Origin: Candidatus Micrarchaeia archaeon
GTDB taxonomy: Bacteria > Chloroflexota > Dormibacteria > Aeolococcales > Bog-877
Assembly: GCA_035533215.1 (NCBI GenBank)
Contig: DATLUG010000006.1
Location: 3,958 to 67,957, forward strand
Reading direction: 5' to 3'
Length of the DNA: 64,000 nucleotides
Position 1 is the stretch's first letter. Each line of letters opens with the position of its first letter. A program made the position numbers and the translations under genes. The notes beneath the pieces were generated by a model, which worked only from the letters and a program-made list of their open reading frames with translations, was not told the origin of the DNA and ran no database searches. Below are positions 1-9,101 of this stretch, piece after piece.

Positions 1-357
1 CTGGCCCAGCTCGGCGACGCCCACGGCGTCGCCGTCGCCCTCGGCCTGGGGCTCTGTGAACTGGCGATCGCGGCCGCGGTCTGGTCGCCCCGCCTGCGCC
101 CGACAGCGCTGGCGGCGGGATCGGTCGCGACGCTCTTGTTCTGGGTGGTCGGCCAGGCGATGGGGGGAGCCCTCACCGGCCTCAGCACCGATCTCAGCAC
201 CGCGCCCATGGTCCTGCTCGTCACCGTGGCGCTCATCCCGACGACCGGGGGGCGCATCAGGGCAGCCGCGCCGAACCTCCCGACCGGGGCCGATCGGGAG
301 CCGGCGACCGGTGACAGCGCGGGTCGCGCCGGAGTCCTGTCCAGCCCGCCCGGCTGA
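1..357 (+). CDS. C-terminal part of a hypothetical multi-pass membrane protein (5' end outside window)
   Basis: Frame 1 is open from base 1 (LAQLGDAHGVAVALGLGLCELAIAAAVW...LLFWVVGQAMGGALTGLSTDLSTAPMVLLV) to TGA at 355-357, with several hydrophobic helices. Confidence 0.6.
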   Translation: MAQLGDAHGVAVALGLGLCELAIAAAVWSPRLRPTALAAGSVATLLFWVVGQAMGGALTGLSTDLSTAPMVLLVTVALIPTTGGRIRAAAPNLPTGADREPATGDSAGRAGVLSSPPG

Positions 358-599
358 GCCCCGCTCGCCGGGCCGCAGCCCCGCGCCTTGCCGGCGCTGC
401 TCCTGAGCGCTGACGGCAGACGCGCGGGCCCCGAGCCCCGCCGGACGGCGCGCCGGGCCGGCCCCGAGCCCCGTTGCCAAAGACGTGTGCCTTCGGCCGG
501 CATCGAGTCGGGGGGGCACGAGGGGGCGCACGGGGTGACCGCGGCGGAGCGGGCAGCCGTGAGGCGGCGATCCAGCCCTGTTCCTCGACGTCGACCATC

Positions 600-623
600 G
601 GGGATGGCGCCGCCGCCATCCCC
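600..623. terminator. Perfect 10-bp GC-rich hairpin between convergent genes, possible terminator
   Basis: GGGGATGGCG-ccgc-CGCCATCCCC; no U-tract. Confidence 0.3.
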
Positions 624-1125
624 GCCTGCCGATCGAAATCGGCCCCCGGCGCGTGCTCATCACGGAGCCACCCCACGGCCCTGGGTGCCTCAGACCGTGA
701 GCCAGCCCCGATGTCGTCGGCCGCCGGCAGGCACGACGGCCGGGGCGGAGGCGGTGTTCGCGCAGGCCGTCCTCGCGCTGAGCGTGATTCCGTGCGCGCC
801 CCGTCGCGCCCGCCTGGTCGGTGCGTGCGCCCGGGTCTGGGAGCGCCTCCGGCTGGCCCCGCTGCGCGGACCCGGCGCGCGGGCCGCCCGGAGGGTGGTC
901 CAGGCTTGCCAGACGCAGGCGAACGCTTGTGAGTGCGAGGCCGCAGGGAGTGCCCGCACCCGTGAGCGGAGCGCTGGACGAGCCTTGACGCGATGCCAGC
1001 AGGTGGCGCGGGCGTGGGGCGCGACCGCGAGGCTGGCTGGGGCCCGCGGGCGGCCCCACCGTCGGGAGGGAGGGAGACGACCGCGACCCACCCGCCGGAT
1101 GGAGTCGACGCGACGGATCCGGGCC

Positions 1126-1728
1126 TCAGACCGGCCGTCGCCCGCTCAGGGCCTGGGCGACCGTCCGCTCGTCGGCGTAGGCGAGCTCGCCCCCCACCGG
1201 CAGCCCGTGGGCCGGCCGGGTGAGGATGACGCCCAGCGGGCCGAGGACCGACGCCAGGTAGGAGGCGGTCGCCTCCCCCTCGACGTCGGCGTCGGTCGCG
1301 ACGATGACCTCGCGGACCCCGCCCTCCCGGACCCTGGTGATCAGGCCGTCGACGCGGAGCGAATCCGGCCCGACCCCGTCGATCGGCGACAGGGTGCCCC
1401 CGAGCACGTGGTACAGGCCGCGGTATCCGCCCGACCGCTCGATCGCGAGGACGTCGGTGGCGCCGGCCACGACGCAGACCAGACCGGCGTCCCGCCCGGC
1501 CGCCCGGCAGATCGCGCACCGATGCCCGGACTCGGCGATGAAGCCGCAGGCGGCGCACCGGCCCACCCCGTCGCGGACCTCCGCCAGCGCCTGCTCCAGC
1601 CGCCGGCTCTGCTCCGGGGCCCAGCCGACGACGTGGAGCGCGAGCCGCTGGGCCGTCTTGGGACCGACGCCGGGCAACCGCCCCAGCTCCTGGGTGAGGC
1701 GCTCCAGCCCGTCCGGGAGCAGGGGCAT
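1126..1728 (-). CDS. recR: Recombination mediator RecR
   Basis: HhH LPGVGPKTAQRLA, C4 zinc finger CAACG...CAIC, Toprim YHVLGGTLSPIDGVGP, EGEATA. Confidence 0.97.
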   Translation of the reverse strand: MPLLPDGLERLTQELGRLPGVGPKTAQRLALHVVGWAPEQSRRLEQALAEVRDGVGRCAACGFIAESGHRCAICRAAGRDAGLVCVVAGATDVLAIERSGGYRGLYHVLGGTLSPIDGVGPDSLRVDGLITRVREGGVREVIVATDADVEGEATASYLASVLGPLGVILTRPAHGLPVGGELAYADERTVAQALSGRRPV

Positions 1729-1752
1729 GGTGCCGGGCCGCGCCGCGCCGGT

Positions 1753-2085
1753 TCAGCGCCCGCCGAGCCCGCCGGCGCCGCCGAGTCCGCCCAGGCCCGG
1801 CGGCAGGAGCTGGGACATCGAGCGGGCGGCGAGCGCGCGGGAGTGGGTGAGGGCGTCGTTGGCGGCGGCCAGCACGAGGTCCGCGACCAGCTCGGCGCCC
1901 TCGGTCAGGACCTGGGGGTCGAGCTCGACCGCGACCAGCTCCTGCTGTCCGTTGCAGCGGACGGTGACCGCGCCACCGCCGGCGGTTCCGGTGACCTCCT
2001 GGGCGGCGAGGTCGGCCTGGGCAGCCTCCACCTGCTTCAGCATCGCCTGCTGGAGCTGGCGAAGCTGCTTCGGACTGCGACCCAT
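1753..2085 (-). CDS. ybaB: YbaB/EbfC nucleoid-associated protein
   Basis: QADLAAQEVTGTAGGGAVTVRCNG...DLVLAAANDAL; GGGAGG RBS upstream; directly upstream of recR. Confidence 0.93.
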   Translation of the reverse strand: MGRSPKQLRQLQQAMLKQVEAAQADLAAQEVTGTAGGGAVTVRCNGQQELVAVELDPQVLTEGAELVADLVLAAANDALTHSRALAARSMSQLLPPGLGGLGGAGGLGGR

Positions 2086-2120
2086 CACGAGCGACTTCCC
2101 TCCCCGACCCGGCCGGTGCC

Positions 2121-2126
2121 ATTGTA
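2121..2126 (-). promoter_or_regulatory. Putative sigma70 -10 element (TACAAT) for ybaB-recR
   Basis: ATTGTA on + strand about 35 nt upstream of the ybaB ATG; conspicuous in a GC-rich background. Confidence 0.55.
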
Positions 2127-2789
2127 GGTGGGCGGGACGCACCGCCCCGGCCGGCACCCCGGCCGCCGACCTGCCCGGGCCGGGCCCCTCCGATCACCTC
2201 GACACCGTGCGGCGGCGCCGGACCTGCGTTCGCGTTGCCATCGAGCCCGGAAGCCGACGGGTGAGCCTCGAGGATGGCGGCCCACACTGGCGCGGAGGCG
2301 GTGCTGACCGTCGGCATCGTCCGGGACCTCCGCCGTCGGGCCGCATGGACGGCGCTCGCGCACGATGCAGCGCATCCGCGCTCCCCCCTGCTGACGACCG
2401 CACGGGAGCAGAGCATCCCGTCGGGGTCGAGCGCCGCGTCGACGCCAGCGGCCCGCCAGAGCGCCCAGGTGTGGGCAAGGGGGTGGTGGATGCAGACCAT
2501 GTCGACGGCATCCGCAAACGTCTGCCGACCGGCAGGGCTGTTGCGCTGGCACCTTGCCAACTCGGGGGATGCTGAGAGACTCGCTGCCGGCGATCCCCGA
2601 GGCGACGGGGCCGGCGTCGCCCGAAGGGAAGGAGGTGCAGGCGGCGAGCAGGGCGCCAGCACCGGCTCCGCCAGGTGGCGGACGATGTCTCGGGTGGCCC
2701 AGTCGACGGATGGCGACCGGTTCCTCCAGCAGCCGCGGGCGCAGTATACGCCTGGGCCGTGGACGTCGCGGCCACGCTGCGCAGCGATT

Positions 2790-3045
2790 GAATACGCCAC
2801 GGGGGCCGTCACCCGCGAGGGCTCCCGGCATGATGCCCGCTGCCTCGAGGCGCGAGCCTGGGACGCACCGTGGACGAGGCATTCGCCAACTTCCGGGAGG
2901 CGCTCGAGCTCCACGCCCAACGCGCGTCCGGGTGAGTTCGCAGAACCAGCGCTCGACCACGTTCAACGACGACGGCTCGGCGGCTCGACGTGGAGATGCA
3001 AGCGGGGGTGCTTCGCCAGCCACGCCCGCACGATCTCGTGACAGG
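2790..3045 (-). mobile_element. IS630-family transposase remnant (frameshifted C-terminal DDE fragment)
   Basis: HEIVRAWLAKHPRLHLHVEPPS in one frame, then SSLNVVERWFCELTRTRVGRG in another, matching the IS630 signature WLxxHPRFHLHFTPxxxSWLNxVERWFxxLT. Confidence 0.8.
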
Positions 3046-3127
3046 ACCACCGCGGCAGGGCTGCGCTACCTTTCCAGCGGCGTTCGACAGAAGTCCGCGG
3101 CCGGGCGCTCGCACGGGGCTGGCCGGA

Positions 3128-3508
3128 CTACGCGATCGGACTCCGCCATCTCATCCCCTGTTGGCCAGAGATCGGATCCGTGAAGACACTGGCGTCCGTG
3201 AGTTGGGCCTCCGACGGAAGCGGGTCATATGCCATCAAGATACCCACCTCCTCCATGCCCGGCTCCTCCACAACGCTTCCTGTCGGACCTGCACGCAAGA
3301 ACCACGCCAGGGGCGCCCGTTTGCGGGTGCGCGGCCGGTACCGCACTCCGAGTCCGACCTCAGGTCCATTGACCACGATGACGACGTCTTCGACGACGAA
3401 GCCCCAACTCTTGAGGGCTTGAGTGGTCTCAGCTCATCTCAGATCGGTCTCCAGCTCCGCTCGCTCACGTTCGAGCTGCTCTCGGATGCCGTTGGCCATC
3501 TCACGCAT
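3128..3508 (-). pseudogene. Small hypothetical gene with an in-frame TGA at codon 25; possible orphan immunity-type gene
   Basis: GAGGGG RBS, ATG at 3508, MREMANGIREQLERERAELETDLR*AETTQALKSWGFVVEDVVIVVNGPEVGLG...; TGA at 3434-3436; visibly lower GC than flanks. Confidence 0.45.
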
Positions 3509-3649
3509 GGCGCCCCTCGATGTGCATATCGACCCTGCGCGCCCAGCCCGCCCAGGGACGCATCGTGGGCCAGCAAGGATGACGCGTCCGCTCCGGTCGG
3601 GAGCACGGCAGCCGCGAGAGTCGGCGGAGACAGTTGACGCCTTTAGGTT

Positions 3650-4954
3650 TCAAGGCCGCCACCGACGACCTCCACACGGAACGTCGCCCAACGCCCTCCA
3701 GCGAATCTGTTCGCCCGGGGGTGGCAGATCATGGCCGCGATCTGAACAGCGGGGTCGCCGAGGCCGCCGAACGCGATACTGGGCGCTGTCGTCGGCGAAG
3801 GTGGTGACCCCGCCGGCCGCGTCGGTCAGGCTGGTGAGGTTCCCGCTCCCGTCGTACGCCCGGTGGACCGAGCGCCCGAGCGGGTCGGTCGCGGCGGTCA
3901 GCTGCCTCCCCCCGTAGGCGAAGGTGAGCGCCCGCCCGGCCGAGTCCGTCACCTGCGTCAGCTGGCGACCGGTGTAGGTGCAGGTCGTCGGGTAGCCGTT
4001 GGCGTCGGTCTCCGACAGGAGCTGCCCCGACGCGCTGAGGTCGTAGCTCCACTGGTCGTTCAGCTCGGCGAAGGGGTCGGTGCCATCCTGGTTGGCCGTG
4101 CGGGTCGCCTGGGCCCGGGCCGGCGGCGTGACGGTCGAGCCGCTCTGGGCGAAGGGGACCGTGGCCCCGCCGGCCTGGGTGACCGTCGCCGTCCCGGCCG
4201 AGGGGTCGACGGTCACCGTCATCCCGTACGGCTCGCTCCAGCCGTCTCCGACCACCGCGGCCGAGTCGGTCGCGCCGTTCACCGCGCAGCGTCCGTGGGT
4301 GCAGGAGCGGAGCTCCTTCGCCGCAGGGGTGACGGTGCCGTCCTGGGTGGACGGCGCCAGCGGGTTGCCGATCAGCGTCCACGGATGGGACTCGTTCCGG
4401 GGCGGACACCCGGTTCCGCCGAGGTCGATCCCGCCGGTGTCGAGGATCTGAGTGCGGTCGGTGTGCGGATACGCCGTGCCGCCGGTCGTGCTGGTCACGG
4501 TGGGGATGAGCCCGTCCGGCGTGCAGCCCGGGACGCCGACGTCGGAGCTGTCGAAGTTCTCCCCGTCCGTCTGCGCCAGGATGCGGTTCCCGTTGGCCGG
4601 CACCGTCACGGCCGTGCCCCAGAGGTCGAAGGTGGCCGTCCCGATCTGCACCGACACGTCGGTCACCGCGATCGGCGAGCGGGTGGTGTCGCTCGGCTCG
4701 ATCGCCCCGCTGTCGTAGGTCGGTCCCGGGCCCACGACGGTCATGTTCGGCGCCCCGTCCCACGGGTTGGGGAAGAGCGGGCTGGCCCGCAGGGTGTCCG
4801 CGTAGCCCACCGACACGACGAGGGCCGCCGGGGCGGCCTGGACCGCCGCACCCATGACGCCCTGGCCGTGGCCCGCGACCGTTCCCCCGACCATGGCGAG
4901 CGCCATGACCGCGGCGGGGGGACAGAGCCGGTGGGGGCGGCGCGTGGCGGCCAT
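3650..4954 (-). pseudogene. Truncated secreted RHS/YD-repeat protein
   Basis: GGAGG RBS, signal-like N-terminus, then GDGW and YD-like repeats (YDLSASGQLLSETDANG, YTGRQLTQVTDSAGR, YDGSGNLTSLTDAAG) ending abruptly with no RHS core or toxin tip. Confidence 0.75.
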
Positions 4955-5318
4955 GGTCAGGCCTCCGCCGGGCGCTCGGCCGCGGGCGGGCCCACCCCGT
5001 CTCGGACGCTGGCCCCCGGCTTCGACCCGGCGCGGCTGGAGGGCAGGCCCGCCTTGCGGCGTGGGCACCCCCCTGCGACCGATCGCGGCGCCGGTGCGAC
5101 AGGGGTGTCAGGCCACGGCGGGGAAAGGGAAGTCCCGGCTCGTGGCCAGCGCCAGGAGGGCCGGCAGCGAGCGCAGGGCTCCGAGCACCGTTGGCCGCTG
5201 CAGGGAGAACGAGCTCGGGTCACGACGAGAACGCAGCTGGACCGTCGGCGCCGCACGCATCCTCACCCCTCCCGCCAGCGTCAGCCTCGTCCGCGGAGCA
5301 TGAGCCGGGGCGGCCCGC

Positions 5319-7028
5319 TCAGCGGTCACGGAACTGCGACCGGGCGACCCGGCTGCCGGGGAAGACGTCGAGCGCGGTCCGGAGGGAGGCACCCGAGGCC
5401 GCGGCCGGCAGCGGAGGGGCCGCCGGCTCGGACCGGACCAGGTCCACCGTCACCGGCCGTCCCACCACCTCGGCGCAGGCGTCCTCCAGGAGCCGGCGGG
5501 TCCCCGGCTCGCCGATCTGCTGGAGGTGGAAGGCGTGGGCGACCGCGATGGTCAGCCGGCCCTCCTCATACGCCACCGGCACCGCCGCCTTGAGCAGGGC
5601 CTGGGTGGGGACATGGCGACGCCGCACCTGCTCCAGGACGTCGACCCAGCGCACCTCCCAGCCAGCGACCGGCGGCACCGCGGGCGGGTCGTCGGGCGAA
5701 GCCGGGGCGGGCGCGGGCGCGGCGTCCGGTCCGGGGACGGCGCCGAGTCCCGGGGCGGGGTCGGCCGCGGAGATGGGCACCGGCAACCCTGGGGGCGCCT
5801 CCTCGGCGGCGGGGGCCGCCGCCGCCGCGGGGATCGGGGGGCGGCTCGGGAAAGGGGGTGCGGCGGCGAGCGGGACCGGGGCCGCGCTCGGGGGCGTCGC
5901 CGCGGCTCCCCCTCCCCGCGCCCGTCGCACCGGTGGGGGAGGCGCCGCCGCGCCCTCGCCGCCGGAATCGCCCAGGGCGAGGCGGAGCAGGACCACCTCC
6001 AGGGCCAGCCGGGGGTCGTCGGCCCGGCGCACCAGCACCATCCCCTCGGCGCACGCCGCCAGCATCTGGGCCCAGAACCCCGCGGGCGGCCGGCCCCCGG
6101 TGTCGGCCTTTGGCGACGCGACCGGCGCCAGCCCGCTGGCCGGGTCCCCGGCGAGGGTCGAGCGAGCGACCTCGGCCAGCGCCCGCAGGAGCTGGCGGGG
6201 GTCCGCCCCGCGGGCGTGCAGCCCCTCCAGCTCGCGCAGGACCCGGCCGGGGTCACCGCCGGCGAGCACCAGTGCCAGCCGGCCGACCGCGCCCGGGTCC
6301 ACCAGCCCGAGCGCCTCGCTCACCTGGGCGCCGGTGACCGCCGGCTCGCCGAGGCCGATGACCCGGTCGAGCAGGGAGATGGCGTCGCGCATCGAGCCCT
6401 GGGCGGCGTCGGCGATCAGGGCCAGCCCGTCGGCCTCCCCCGTCACCCCCTCCCGCTCGCAGAGGACGGCCAGCCAGGCCGCGATCGCGGCCTGGTCGAT
6501 GCGCAGGAAGTCGTACCGCTGGCAGCGCGAGAGCACCGTCTCCACCAGCTTGTGCGGCTCGGTAGTGGCGAGGATGAAGCAGACGTGCGGGGGCGGCTCC
6601 TCCAGGGTCTTGAGGAAGGCGTTGGCGGCGGCGTCGGTGAGCATGTGGGCCTCGTCGACGATGTAGACCTTGCGGCGGAGGTGGGCGGGCAGGAAGCGCA
6701 CCCGCTCGCGCAGGTCCCGGATCTCGTCGATGCCGCGGTTGGTGGCGGCGTCGATCTCGATCACGTCGAGGGAGCTGCCGTCCAGGCACTCCTGGCAGGC
6801 CTCGCAGCGGTTGCAGGGCTCGCCCGTGTCCGGCTCCAGGCAGTTGACGGCGCGGGCCAGGATCCGCGCCGCCGAGGTCTTGCCGGTGCCGCGGATGCCG
6901 GTGAAGAGGTAGGCGTGGCTGACCCGGCCGTCGCGCACCGCGGCCCGCAGGGTGCGGGCGATCGCTCCCTGGCCGACCAGCTCGGCGAAGGTGCGCGATC
7001 GGTACTTGCGGTAGAGGGTCTCGCTCAT
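5319..7028 (-). CDS. dnaX: DNA polymerase III subunit gamma/tau
   Basis: LYRKYRSRTF, Walker A GIRGTGKTS, CNRCEAC, EIDAATNRGIDEIR, DEAHML, LKTLEEPP, SRC; Pro/Ala-rich linker. Confidence 0.97.
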   Translation of the reverse strand: MSETLYRKYRSRTFAELVGQGAIARTLRAAVRDGRVSHAYLFTGIRGTGKTSAARILARAVNCLEPDTGEPCNRCEACQECLDGSSLDVIEIDAATNRGIDEIRDLRERVRFLPAHLRRKVYIVDEAHMLTDAAANAFLKTLEEPPPHVCFILATTEPHKLVETVLSRCQRYDFLRIDQAAIAAWLAVLCEREGVTGEADGLALIADAAQGSMRDAISLLDRVIGLGEPAVTGAQVSEALGLVDPGAVGRLALVLAGGDPGRVLRELEGLHARGADPRQLLRALAEVARSTLAGDPASGLAPVASPKADTGGRPPAGFWAQMLAACAEGMVLVRRADDPRLALEVVLLRLALGDSGGEGAAAPPPPVRRARGGGAAATPPSAAPVPLAAAPPFPSRPPIPAAAAAPAAEEAPPGLPVPISAADPAPGLGAVPGPDAAPAPAPASPDDPPAVPPVAGWEVRWVDVLEQVRRRHVPTQALLKAAVPVAYEEGRLTIAVAHAFHLQQIGEPGTRRLLEDACAEVVGRPVTVDLVRSEPAAPPLPAAASGASLRTALDVFPGSRVARSQFRDR

Positions 7029-7090
7029 CGCTCCTCGCCGGCCGTCGTCCCCCTGGGGCGCCAGGGTCGAGCCGCCCCCCCACCAGGGAC

Positions 7091-7359
7091 AGTCGCGCAC
7101 CCCCCGTCGTGAAGACGCCCCCGGCGCGGGTCCGGTGGACGGGCTCGGGTCGGGGTGCCCGACGGCACCCCCGGCGCCCCGCGGACCGCTGCTTCCTTCC
7201 GGACCTGACGGGATTGGCGGGACCGGGTTGCGTCGGATCCGGCCGTCAACGCTCGAACCATCGGGGCTGCCCGACGACGCCTCCCCTCGGGGGGGAGTTC
7301 GACCCCGCTATAGCGGTTTGCGGGTACAGGGCACCGCTACCTCCCCGTCTAGCGCGACC
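7091..7359 (-). ncRNA. ffs: Signal recognition particle RNA, large bacterial (Alu-domain) type
   Basis: 5' Alu-like GCTAGACGGGGAGGTAGCGGTGCCCTGTACCCGCAAACCGCTATAGCGGG; helix 8 TCAGGTCCGGAAGGAAGCAGC; terminal stem GTCGCGC/GCGCGAC; sits upstream of dnaX; TACAAT at 7366-7371. Confidence 0.95.
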
Positions 7360-8033
7360 GCGCCCATTGTATCGGCGCCGGAGGGCGGCGGTGGGGCGGT
7401 CCCGGACGGGACCGCCCCGGTGACCCCGGGCGGCGGGGCGGGGTCGCCGAGCCGGTGCTCGGCGCCGCCCAGCAGGCGGGCGATGTTGCCGCGGTGGCGC
7501 AGCACCAGCAGCCCCGCCGCGAAGCAGGTGTAGGCGCGCACCGCCCCCGCGATCCGGGGGGAGCGGAAGGACGCCGCGGCCGCGGTCCCCGCCCCCGCCA
7601 AGGACCCCAGCGAGACGTAGCGGGTGGCGGCGATGACCGGGAGGCCGCCGATCAGGGCCAGCCCCGCCGTGCCCGGCTCCAGGGCCAGCAGCGAGCCGAT
7701 CGTGACCATGACGCTGCGGCCGCCCCGGAACCCGGCCAGGCACGGCCAGCTGTGGCCGACGCCGGCGCCGGCGGCGGCCGCGGCCTGCGCCAGGGCGCCC
7801 CCGCCCAGCTGGCGGACCACCGCCGGTGCCACGTACCCCTTCGCCGCGTCCAGGCAGAGGGTGGCGACGCCGGCCCCCGTCCCGGCGGTCCGGAGCACGT
7901 TGGTGGCGCCGCTGCTGTGGCTGCCGTAGCGACGGACGTCGACGCCGGCGAGCAGGCGCCCGACCGCGACCCCGGTCGGGATGGACCCGACCAGGTACCC
8001 CAGCGTCGCCGCCGCGATCGTGCCCCCACGCAT
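7308..8033 (-). CDS. plsY: Glycerol-3-phosphate acyltransferase PlsY
   Basis: GYLVGSIP, GSHSSGATNVLR, LDAAKG, GHSWP, RYVSLGS, HRGNIARL. Confidence 0.92.
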   Translation of the reverse strand: MRGGTIAAATLGYLVGSIPTGVAVGRLLAGVDVRRYGSHSSGATNVLRTAGTGAGVATLCLDAAKGYVAPAVVRQLGGGALAQAAAAAGAGVGHSWPCLAGFRGGRSVMVTIGSLLALEPGTAGLALIGGLPVIAATRYVSLGSLAGAGTAAAASFRSPRIAGAVRAYTCFAAGLLVLRHRGNIARLLGGAEHRLGDPAPPPGVTGAVPSGTAPPPPSGADTMGAVALDGEVAVPCTRKPL

Positions 8034-8140
8034 GGTGGGATCGAGTCTGACAGCTTGCCCCGGCCGGGTGGGGCCGTCGCCGCGGCCGCCCGGGGGGGGG
8101 CCGGCGCGACACGGCGGCGTCCTCGGTGTACGCTCGGACC

Positions 8141-9082
8141 ATGACGACCACCGCCCTCCCCCAGGCCGCCGCCAGCGCCCCCTCCCGCCCCCGTGTGCGG
8201 CTCGACGACCTCGACCTCCCCACCGGCAAGCGGGCCCGCCTCCACACCCTCCTCCACGACCACGGCCCCGGCAACGGCACCCTCCTGCTCCTGCCCATCG
8301 ACCAGGGGCTGGAGCACGGCCCGGTCGACTTCTTCGTCAACCCGCCCGCGCTCGATCCCGACTTCCAGTGCCAGCTGGCGCTCCGCGGCGGCTTCTCGGG
8401 GATCGCCCTCCAGGTGGGGCTCGCCACCCGCTACCTGCGCCCGTACGCGGGCCGGGTGCCGCTGGTGCTGAAGGTCAACGGCAAGACCAACGTCCCGTCC
8501 GGGGACGACCCCATCTCGCCGCTGACGGCGTCGGTCGAGGACGCCGTCCGCCTGGGCGCCTCGGCGGTCGGCTACACCCTCTACGTCGGGTCCCCGGCCC
8601 AGGACCGCGACCTCCGCCAGATGAACGAGGTTCGCCAGGCCTGCGACCGCACCGGGATGCCGCTGATCTGCTGGGCGTACCCGAGGGGCGCGGCGATCGA
8701 GCGCCGGGGCGGCCAGAACAGCCTCTACGCCATCGACTACGCCGCCCGGGTGGCGGCCGAGATGGGCGCCGACGTGATCAAGCTCAACGTCCCGCAGGAG
8801 CACGGTGCCGCGGACGGGGCGTCCCCGGCGCCGTACGACACCCTCGCCGAGGACCGCCGCAGCATGCTGGCCCGGGTGATCCGCTCGGCCGGTCGGAGCC
8901 TGGTGATCTTCGCCGGCGGCAGCAAGCTGGCCGACGAGGCCCTGCTGGGGCGCATCCACGACGCGATGGCGGCCGGGGCGACCGGCTTCATCTTCGGCCG
9001 CAACATGTGGCAGCGGCCGATCGACGAGGCGCTGGCGATGACGGCGCAGGTACGCGAGCTGCTGGCCGCCTCCGGCGGCTGA
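8141..9082 (+). CDS. fbaB: Class I fructose-bisphosphate aldolase (DhnA/FbaB type)
   Basis: LPIDQGLEHGP, AVGYTLYVGS, WAYPRG, GADVIK (Schiff-base Lys), FAGG, GRNMWQR. Confidence 0.9.
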   Translation: MTTTALPQAAASAPSRPRVRLDDLDLPTGKRARLHTLLHDHGPGNGTLLLLPIDQGLEHGPVDFFVNPPALDPDFQCQLALRGGFSGIALQVGLATRYLRPYAGRVPLVLKVNGKTNVPSGDDPISPLTASVEDAVRLGASAVGYTLYVGSPAQDRDLRQMNEVRQACDRTGMPLICWAYPRGAAIERRGGQNSLYAIDYAARVAAEMGADVIKLNVPQEHGAADGASPAPYDTLAEDRRSMLARVIRSAGRSLVIFAGGSKLADEALLGRIHDAMAAGATGFIFGRNMWQRPIDEALAMTAQVRELLAASGG

Positions 9083-9101
9083 GCCGGCCGCCAGGGGCCG
9101 G

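Noticed and set aside
426-473. Short direct repeat GGCCCCGAGCCCCG (two copies)
   Set aside because: Two GC-only copies with a short spacer and no cas genes; not CRISPR and expected by chance
690-1091. Possible TnpB zinc-ribbon remnant (SQTRAH...LSARTAC)
   Set aside because: Cys pairs and the DRDxNAA motif are missing; similarity is too weak
2194-2775. SUKH/SMI1 immunity gene remnant
   Set aside because: Only a vague LLPFG-like word; not enough for a call
5319-7028. Programmed frameshift or slippage site producing DnaX gamma
   Set aside because: No A-AAA-AAG heptamer or poly-A/T run seen
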